Source: a virus. From it: a DNA stretch of 39,860 nucleotides. The translations under genes and the position numbers were made by a program. The notes under the pieces were generated by a model, which saw only the letters and a program-made list of their open reading frames with translations, did no database searches and was not told where the DNA came from. The stretch is taken from IMG/VR virus record IMGVR_UViG_3300001688_000010; one strand, given 5' to 3'. Position 1 is the first letter of the stretch, and every line of letters begins with the position of its first letter. Positions 33,264 to 39,860 of this stretch are shown one piece after another.

Positions 33264-33907
33264 ACCTGCTGATCGACGGGCTGCCGGAGGAGGTAGAGAT
33301 CGCGGGCCAGCTGGTCCCGATCAGCACGCACTTCCGGACAGGCATACTGTTCGAGGAAGTGCTGCAAGATCCTGAGCTCGATGATCTGGAGAAGATCCAG
33401 ACCGCGCTCCAGCTATACTTCCCCGGCGTCATCTTTGACCCTGATGTGCTCGACGAGGCGATCAGCAAGATGGTCTGGTTTTACCGCTGCGGCGTGGAGC
33501 CCGCAGAGACGACGGGCAAGTCCGCAGACGACACCGTCAACGATGAACCGCCTTTTTCCTACGAGCACGACGCTGACTATATTTTTTCCGCGTTCATGCA
33601 GGCCTACGGCCTGGATCTGGCGCGGCGCCCCCTCCACTGGTGGCAGTTCCGAGCGCTCTTTAGATCGCTACCCGAAGACACGCAGCTGGTCAAGATCATC
33701 GGCTACCGCACGATGAAGATCCCGGCCAAGATGTCCAAGGAGCAGCGGCAGCACTATGAGAAGATGAAGCGCATCTACGCTCTCCCTCAGTCGGCTGACC
33801 GTCAGCAGCTCGAAAGTGACCTAAACAACCTACTTATGAACGGCGGCAACCCTGCCGCACTCTTGAATGGTAGCGAGGTAAGGTCATGGCATCAGATGGA
33901 ACCCTAA
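33254..33907 (+). CDS. Gp15-like tail chaperone extension (gpT analogue), probably made by a -1 frameshift from 32859..33263
   Basis: The conserved-looking N-terminus LNLLIDGLPEEVEIAGQLVPISTHFRTGILFEE lies upstream of the only listed start (GTG 33359). That stretch contains no ATG, GTG or TTG. The frame opens right at the slippery taaaaag (33251..33257). Confidence 0.6.
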   Translation, partial: KALNLLIDGLPEEVEIAGQLVPISTHFRTGILFEEVLQDPELDDLEKIQTALQLYFPGVIFDPDVLDEAISKMVWFYRCGVEPAETTGKSADDTVNDEPPFSYEHDADYIFSAFMQAYGLDLARRPLHWWQFRALFRSLPEDTQLVKIIGYRTMKIPAKMSKEQRQHYEKMKRIYALPQSADRQQLESDLNNLLMNGGNPAALLNGSEVRSWHQMEP

Positions 33908-36474
33908 AATTTGACACAAGCCTGGACTCCGGCGGTCTACAGTCGGGGATGGGCAAGGTCGCAGGCATCGCACAGCAGGCGCTGGGCGTGTTCAGCGGCC
34001 AGATGATGACCAGGGCAGTCGATAGCCTGGTCAACCTCGGGAAGACGGCCCTCAGCAGTGTGGGCGCTCTCGAACAGAACGTGGGCGGCGTCGAGACGCT
34101 GTTCGGCGACACTGCGGACGCAGTCATCGCCGCAGCGGATCGCGCCTACCAGACGGCAGGAATGTCTGCCAACGACTACATGAGCACGGTCACGAGCTTC
34201 TCGGCGTCCCTGCTCCAGTCCCTCGGAGGTAACACCGAGGAAGCCGCCAAGGTGGCGGACATGGCCATCATCGACATGGTCGACAATGCGAACAAGATGG
34301 GCACGTCCATGGATATGATCCAGAACGCGTACCAGGGCTTCGCAAAACAGAACTACACCATGCTGGACAACCTGAAGCTGGGCTACGGCGGCACGAAGAC
34401 CGAGATGGAGCGACTGCTGGCCGATGCTCAGAAGCTGACGGGCGTCAAGTATGACATCAACAACCTGAACGACGTCTACCAGGCGATCCATGTGATCCAG
34501 GAAGAAATGGGGATCACCGGCACCACAGCCAAGGAAGCCTCCGAGACGCTGGAGGGATCCATGGCAGCGGCGAAGGCCGCCTGGGATAACTTCATGAACG
34601 GCTCCGGCGATGCTGATCAGCTGGCCGACGCCTTCGCAACGGCGGCGGACAACATCGTCAAGAACCTGGCCGAGATCATCCCGCGCTTCGCTGAGACGCT
34701 GCCGGCTCTGGCCGGTGCCATCGTTTCCCAGATCCCGGGTCTGGCTGCTGCCATCGTGCCCGCAGTCCTCTCTGCTGGCCAGAGTATTCTGGAGCAGGCC
34801 CGGGACGCTGTCACGGCCTTCGACTTTGTGGCGGCTGCTGAGGACGTCGTGCAGAAGATCACGGACTTCATCAGCAGCGACGGCCTGGGCTCTTTCCTGG
34901 GCTGCCTGGTGGACATTTTCACCGGCATCGTCAACGGTATCAGCTCCATGCTGCCGGTGCTTCTGCCGGCTCTCGTCGAGCTGATCGCCTACACCGTGAC
35001 CACGCTGATCGACCAGCTGCCGGCTCTCCTGGAGTGTGCGCTCCAGCTGATCATCGGCCTGGCTGACGGTCTGCTCGCCGCGCTGCCTGTTCTGGTCGCA
35101 GCACTGCCGGAGATCATCAACTCCGTGGTGAGCTTCCTGGTGGCGGCAGCTCCTCAGATCCTCCAGGCAGGCATCACGCTCCTGCTGGCTCTGGTGGACG
35201 CGCTCCCGACCGTGATCGACGCGCTGATCGCAGCGCTGCCTCAGATCATCGAGTCCACAGTCTCCACGCTGGTCGCAGCAGCGCCTCAGATCGTGCAGGC
35301 GGGCATCACGCTCCTGCTGGCTCTGATCGAGGCCATCCCGGTCATCGTGCCCCAGATCGTGGCCGCACTGCCCCAGATCATCACGGCCATCATCAACGGC
35401 CTGATCGCAGCGGGCCCGCAGGTCCTGGCAAGCGCCCAGGAAGTATGGGGTCAGATCACCGCAGCCGTCCCTCAGCTGATCGCTGACATCGGCGCAGCCG
35501 TGCCGGAGATCATTAACGGCATCGTCAACGGCCTGGCCGCTGGCGCGTCCGCAGTATGGGACGCAGCCTGCCAGCTGGGCAGCAACATCCTGGGCGGCAT
35601 CAAGAGCTTCCTGGGTATCAACAGCCCGAGCACCGTCATGGCGGAGCAGGGCAACTACATCATCCAGGGCCTGCTGAACGGTCTGGAGACCATGCCCGAC
35701 GCGGTCAACCAGCTGTTCCAGTCCACCCTGGACAGCATCACCACCTGGGGCTCTGACATGGTGGCCCGGATCGGCGAGTGGGGCGCCAATATGGCGACCG
35801 CAGCCGGCACGGCGATGAACACCATGGTCCAGACTGTCATCCAGTGGGTGCAGCAGCTCCCCGAGAAGGTCTGGGTCTGGCTGGTTAATACGGCCAACAA
35901 GCTGAACCAGTGGACGATCCAGCTCGTGCAGAAGGGCCAGGCGGCAGCCACAGGCCTCGTCAACGCTGTCCTCGATGGCGTCCGTACACTGCCGAGCCTC
36001 ATGGTCTCCGTCGGCTCTGACATCGTCCAGGGCCTCTGGAACGGCATCAGCGCAGGATGGTCCTGGCTGACCAATAAAGTCGCAGACCTGGCCCAGAGCC
36101 TGCTGCAAGCTGCGAAGAACGCCCTCGACATCGGATCGCCTTCTCGTGAGTTCCGCGACGAGGTCGGCCGCTGGATCATGCCCGGCATCGGCGAAGGCAT
36201 CGACAAGTCCATGCCTGAGACGCTGCAAAACCTGAAGGCAAGAGCCGGAGAGCTCGTCGGTGCCATGCGTGCCGAGCTGGCGGCCTCCACCTCTCAGATG
36301 GCCCTCGGGGCTTCTCACGCTGCCGGTCTGAGGACCGCCGGCGTCGGCACCACAGTCTACTACGACAACCGCGTGGAGCAGAACAATGAGTACCACGTTC
36401 CGGTCGCCAGCCCGTCCGAGGTAAACAAAGCACAGCGCGAAGCTGTCAGAAAGCTGGTCGGAGGTGTGAAATGA
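33886..36474 (+). CDS. Tape measure protein
   Basis: 862 aa. N-terminus typical of tape measure proteins (GVETLFGDTADAV..NAYQGFAKQNYTMLDNLKLGYGGT) and a hydrophobic repeat core. Confidence 0.9.
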   Translation: MASDGTLKFDTSLDSGGLQSGMGKVAGIAQQALGVFSGQMMTRAVDSLVNLGKTALSSVGALEQNVGGVETLFGDTADAVIAAADRAYQTAGMSANDYMSTVTSFSASLLQSLGGNTEEAAKVADMAIIDMVDNANKMGTSMDMIQNAYQGFAKQNYTMLDNLKLGYGGTKTEMERLLADAQKLTGVKYDINNLNDVYQAIHVIQEEMGITGTTAKEASETLEGSMAAAKAAWDNFMNGSGDADQLADAFATAADNIVKNLAEIIPRFAETLPALAGAIVSQIPGLAAAIVPAVLSAGQSILEQARDAVTAFDFVAAAEDVVQKITDFISSDGLGSFLGCLVDIFTGIVNGISSMLPVLLPALVELIAYTVTTLIDQLPALLECALQLIIGLADGLLAALPVLVAALPEIINSVVSFLVAAAPQILQAGITLLLALVDALPTVIDALIAALPQIIESTVSTLVAAAPQIVQAGITLLLALIEAIPVIVPQIVAALPQIITAIINGLIAAGPQVLASAQEVWGQITAAVPQLIADIGAAVPEIINGIVNGLAAGASAVWDAACQLGSNILGGIKSFLGINSPSTVMAEQGNYIIQGLLNGLETMPDAVNQLFQSTLDSITTWGSDMVARIGEWGANMATAAGTAMNTMVQTVIQWVQQLPEKVWVWLVNTANKLNQWTIQLVQKGQAAATGLVNAVLDGVRTLPSLMVSVGSDIVQGLWNGISAGWSWLTNKVADLAQSLLQAAKNALDIGSPSREFRDEVGRWIMPGIGEGIDKSMPETLQNLKARAGELVGAMRAELAASTSQMALGASHAAGLRTAGVGTTVYYDNRVEQNNEYHVPVASPSEVNKAQREAVRKLVGGVK
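35098..35493 (+). repeat. Three degenerate tandem 132-bp (44-aa) repeats inside the tape measure gene
   Basis: Units begin at 35098, 35230 and 35362 (AALPEIIN.. / AALPQIIE.. / AALPQIIT..). Confidence 0.8.
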
Positions 36475-37379
36475 ATAAATTAACCCTGAAGATCGTGCTC
36501 ACCTGCAACGGCCGGACCCTCACCATGGGGCCCGGCTCCGATCTGGACATCACAAAGGTCTCCGGACTGGAGTCGTCCGACATCTCCCTGAGCACGTCAG
36601 ACAATGCCCTCGTCGACGGCGTAACAGTCGACGGCAAGAAGATCCAGGCCCGCCCGATCCACATCGAGGCGGCCTTCCGGGATCTGAAAAACAACGCGGA
36701 GAACCGGCAGAAGGTGATCAAGTTCTTCAACCCAAAGTACACCGGCAAGGCGCTGATCACCAACATGGGCGTCAGCCGCAACATCGAGTACGAGCTGGAG
36801 GGCTGGAGCTTCAAAGAGCAGGCCAACCTCAACAGCCGCCTGAAGATCGTGGTCGACCTCCTCTGCCCGGATCCGTATATGCTCAACACGGACAACTTCG
36901 GCAAGAACATGGCAGCCTTCACCGCCCTGTTCGCGTTCCCGTGGAGAGTCACCAGCCAGAAGGTCCTGGGCGTGCCTAAGCCCTACACAGGGCTCGCCCT
37001 GGGCGGCATGGCCATGGCCTACAGAACGCTCCGCCAGGAGGTGGCTCTGGCCAACGACGGCGACGTTCAGACCGGTGTGATCATCAAGTTCGTGGCCACT
37101 CGTGGCCCGGTAAAGAACCCGAAGATCGCCAAGGTCGGAACATCCAACTTTATGAGGGTGAAGGTGGACATGGAGATGGGCGACGTCCTGGTCATCGACA
37201 CCAACGAGCGGCACCAGGTCGTCGAGCTCAACGGCGTGAACTGCTACCAGCGAGTGGACAGGGCCAGCAACCCCTTCCAGCTGGACGTGGGCGACAACTA
37301 TCTGGAATATGCAGCCGACGAGAACTACGTCAATCTGGACGTCAACCTCTACTACACGCCCAAATATCTGGGGGTGTAA
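36471..37379 (+). CDS. Distal tail protein (Dit, siphovirus tail family)
   Basis: Position right after the tape measure gene. 302 aa. Confidence 0.75.
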   Translation: MNKLTLKIVLTCNGRTLTMGPGSDLDITKVSGLESSDISLSTSDNALVDGVTVDGKKIQARPIHIEAAFRDLKNNAENRQKVIKFFNPKYTGKALITNMGVSRNIEYELEGWSFKEQANLNSRLKIVVDLLCPDPYMLNTDNFGKNMAAFTALFAFPWRVTSQKVLGVPKPYTGLALGGMAMAYRTLRQEVALANDGDVQTGVIIKFVATRGPVKNPKIAKVGTSNFMRVKVDMEMGDVLVIDTNERHQVVELNGVNCYQRVDRASNPFQLDVGDNYLEYAADENYVNLDVNLYYTPKYLGV

Positions 37380-37382
37380 ATT

Positions 37383-38492
37383 ATGCGAATTTCAGTATTA
37401 GACGCCAGCTTCGAACTGCTCGGCGAGTTCTCCATCTACCGCTCACTGATCTGGAACCGGCGTTACTATGAGCCGGGCGTGTTCGAGATCCACACAGCCG
37501 TGGAATACTTCCCGCTGCTGAACTCGGGCCGCTATATCTTCCGGCACGACCGGCAGGAGCTGGGCGTCATCCGGGAGGTCAACTACACACAGACCAGCAA
37601 GGGCGCCCGCACAGCCTACTGCAAGGGCTACTTCAGCGAGGCCCTGTTCAACAACCGCGTCACCGTTCCCGCTGCCAATATCACCGGCACGCCGGAGGAG
37701 ATCAGCAGGGCCCTGGTGACGACGTACTTCATCAGCCCCAGCGATGGCGACCGTGTTTTCCCTCAGATCCGGCTGGGAGCGCTCTCCGGTCTGGGCTCGT
37801 CCACTACGCTGCAAAGCACCGGCGACCAGATCGGCGACAAGATGTACGAGCTGGAACGCACCCAGGAGCTGAGCCACCGCCTTGTCTTCGACTTCGAGGA
37901 GAACATCCTCACGTTCGAGGTCTGGGCTGGCCTGGATCGCACCGACGACCAGGAAGTGAACAGCCCGGCGACCTTCTCCAATGCGTTCTACAACGTCAAG
38001 AACGTCGTCTACGACCGCGACGCCAGCACTGCCGCCAACTTCGCCTATGTGGCCGGAGAGGGCGAGGACGCTGATCGTGTCATTGTGGAGGTGGACGCCA
38101 GAACTGACGCCACCCAGGAGCGCCGGGAGATCTTCGTGGATGCACGAGACCTGCAGAAGACCTACAAGGACAGCAGCGGCACAGAGCGCACCTACTCCGA
38201 CACCCAGTACGCCGCCCTGCTCCGGCAGCGCGGTCTGGAGAAGCTGGACGAATACGCTCAGGTGGAGGTCGTCAACAGTGACATCGACGCCAGCGCCAAC
38301 CTCGTCTACATGGAAGACTTCGACCTGGGAGATCTCTGCACCTATCAGAACCAGGACGTCGGCATCGAGACCGTGAAGCGGATCACCGAGATCCAGGAGG
38401 TCTACGAAGGCAGCAAGGCGACGCTCAACATCACCTTCGGCAATGACGAGTCCACCTCACTCACAAAAATCATAAGGAGGGAAACAACCTAA
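37383..38492 (+). CDS. Tail-associated protein (Sipho_Gp37-like)
   Basis: N-terminus ISVLDASFELLGEFSIYRSLIWNRRYYEPGVFEI is typical of the ReqiPepy6 Gp37-like family. Confidence 0.7.
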   Translation: MRISVLDASFELLGEFSIYRSLIWNRRYYEPGVFEIHTAVEYFPLLNSGRYIFRHDRQELGVIREVNYTQTSKGARTAYCKGYFSEALFNNRVTVPAANITGTPEEISRALVTTYFISPSDGDRVFPQIRLGALSGLGSSTTLQSTGDQIGDKMYELERTQELSHRLVFDFEENILTFEVWAGLDRTDDQEVNSPATFSNAFYNVKNVVYDRDASTAANFAYVAGEGEDADRVIVEVDARTDATQERREIFVDARDLQKTYKDSSGTERTYSDTQYAALLRQRGLEKLDEYAQVEVVNSDIDASANLVYMEDFDLGDLCTYQNQDVGIETVKRITEIQEVYEGSKATLNITFGNDESTSLTKIIRRETT

Positions 38493-39547
38493 TGCGATAC
38501 GGATATTTTGACAGCGAGATCATCGGCACAGACTCGGAGGGTATGCCCATTTTCGACCGAGCTGAGACCTCTGATCTGTTCCGTCTTCTCTTTTCCAAAC
38601 TGGTCAGCAACGGCGTCCTGGCGTCCCCCAGCGACTGCTTCCAGGTCGTAGCTGCGGAAGGTCTGAACGTCACCGTCCGGCCCGGCTTCGGTATGATCAA
38701 GGGCGCCTTCGCCTACGATGACGCCGAGAACCGACTGACCCTGGCTGCGGCCCCGACACAGTACAGCCGCATCGACCGCATCGTTCTCCGCTGCAACTTC
38801 GCGGACAGACTCTGCGAGCTGGTCGTCAAGACCGGCACCGTGGCCAATACTCCGGCCGCTCCGGAGATCGTCCAGCCCGCAGCCGGCGACTACTTCGAGC
38901 TGGGCCTGGCGACGGTCCTGGTGAGCGCCAACGCGACAGCAGTGACCCAGGCTAACATCACCGACACCAGACTGGACAGCGCGGTCTGCGGCTTCATCAC
39001 GCAGCTGATCGACCATCTGGACACCAGCACCTTCTTCGACCAGCTCGATCAGTTCTACACTGAGTTCGTCAGCAAGACCGAGGCCGACTACCAGCTGAGC
39101 CGTGAGCAGTACCTGGAGATGTGCCAGGACATCGTGGACACGCTGACAACCTTCGAGCAGACCGCCGAGTCCGACTTCGATCTCTGGTTCCAGAGTATCA
39201 AGGACAAGCTGGCCGGAGACGTGGCCGGAGCGCTCCAGAACCAGATCGACGCTCTGACCGAGACGATCTTCCTGGACAAGTACGGCCTCTGCTCCAAAGT
39301 AACCACCATCACCAAAAACGCAGCCGGCGAGACTGAAGGGATCCTGGAGACCGACGAGGGCGCCCAGGTGACGGCCCTGACGACCTTCCAGAAGGACGCA
39401 GAGGGCAACACCAGCAGCATCGTCACGGTCATCACTCCCGCAGACGGCAACTACTACTACACGAAGACCGCCGCGTTCGAGACTACTGACGGCAACGGCA
39501 GCAAGTCGATCACGGAGTCCTACACCCAAAACATAAAGGAGGACTAA
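38492..39547 (+). CDS. Baseplate upper protein / tail-fibre base (BppU-like N-terminal domain)
   Basis: The pattern RIDRIVLRCN..YELGLATVLV..ITDTRLDSAVCGF is typical of the BppU N-terminal domain. Confidence 0.7.
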   Translation: MRYGYFDSEIIGTDSEGMPIFDRAETSDLFRLLFSKLVSNGVLASPSDCFQVVAAEGLNVTVRPGFGMIKGAFAYDDAENRLTLAAAPTQYSRIDRIVLRCNFADRLCELVVKTGTVANTPAAPEIVQPAAGDYFELGLATVLVSANATAVTQANITDTRLDSAVCGFITQLIDHLDTSTFFDQLDQFYTEFVSKTEADYQLSREQYLEMCQDIVDTLTTFEQTAESDFDLWFQSIKDKLAGDVAGALQNQIDALTETIFLDKYGLCSKVTTITKNAAGETEGILETDEGAQVTALTTFQKDAEGNTSSIVTVITPADGNYYYTKTAAFETTDGNGSKSITESYTQNIKED

Positions 39548-39551
39548 CCAC

Positions 39552-39860
39552 ATGGCAGACTTCACAGGTGCCCAGTACACAGTCGACGAAGTGCTGGCAG
39601 GCATCAAGAAAAACCAGATCACCGGCCTGCCTCCCTCTAACCTGACCAGCAAGAGCGTCAGGATCGGAGACGGCAAGGCCACACTCGTCTGGAGCGTTCC
39701 GGCCACGACTACGGTCGACGGCCAGGTGCTTCAGACTACCGGCGGCGTTATGATCCGCCGCAAACTGGGCGAAGCCCCCGCAAGCATCACCGACGGCGAC
39801 CTGGTGCTCGTCACCAGCGACCTGAGCGGCAGCTTCGAGGACACTGGCCTGGAGAACGAC
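39552..39860 (+). CDS. 5' part of the DGR target tail-fibre gene (FN3-like region), continuing at position 2 through the circular junction
   Basis: ATG with an AGGAGG RBS 4 nt after the upstream stop. No stop codon before the window end. In frame with 2..1327 once the 88-nt overlap is collapsed. Confidence 0.85.
   Translation, partial: MADFTGAQYTVDEVLAGIKKNQITGLPPSNLTSKSVRIGDGKATLVWSVPATTTVDGQVLQTTGGVMIRRKLGEAPASITDGDLVLVTSDLSGSFEDTGLEND

Noticed and set aside
33937-36396. 819-aa ORF antisense to the tape measure gene. Similar long antisense ORFs occur at 17384..18949, 7886..9514, 12341..13552, 19972..21069 and 5907..7283.
   Set aside because: These are typical high-GC artefacts. Stop codons are rare opposite GC3-rich genes, the ORFs lack RBSs, their composition is Arg/Gly/Ala/His-rich and low-complexity, and the sense-strand genes have clear homology and coupling.

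Overview
The window is a complete, circularly permuted genome of about 39.77 kb from a temperate siphovirus-like phage. Nt 1-88 are identical to nt 39773-39860, so the unit length is 39772 bp. It is high-GC with strong AGGAGG ribosome-binding sites, so a Clostridia-type Firmicutes host is inferred. Nearly all genes are on the + strand; only the lysogeny pair is on the - strand.

Gene order:
- Distal tail-fibre gene, wrapping the window ends.
- DGR cassette (VR, TR, reverse transcriptase).
- XkdW/XkdX-like small genes.
- Holin and endolysin.
- Lysogeny pair on the - strand: large serine integrase and XRE repressor.
- Divergent promoter/operator switch.
- Early genes of unknown function.
- Replication module: DUF2800 nuclease, DUF2815 SSB, family A DNA polymerase, VirE-type primase-helicase, iteron-rich putative origin, VRR-NUC, SNF2 helicase.
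- HNH endonuclease, two DNA methyltransferases and a late regulator.
- terS, terL, portal, MuF-like protein, Prp protease, scaffold, HK97-type capsid, connectors, major tail protein, frameshifted chaperone, tape measure, Dit, Gp37-like and BppU-like tail proteins.

The stand-out system is a diversity-generating retroelement (DGR). A 110-bp VR at the 3' end of the tail-fibre gene and a TR 230 bp downstream differ at 17 positions, and all 17 are adenines in TR. A DGR-type RT follows. No Avd-like gene is recognisable and the RT carries an unusual internal insertion.

Other notable signals:
- G9 tracts that frameshift both phage methyltransferases.
- A phage-encoded Prp protease with three predicted N-terminal leader substrates.
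- An iteron array and AT-rich putative origin.
- A three-site palindromic operator system with a distal perfect copy.
- A promoter-plus-leader-terminator arrangement ahead of terS.
- A start-codon-less Gp15-like ORF reachable only by a -1 frameshift.
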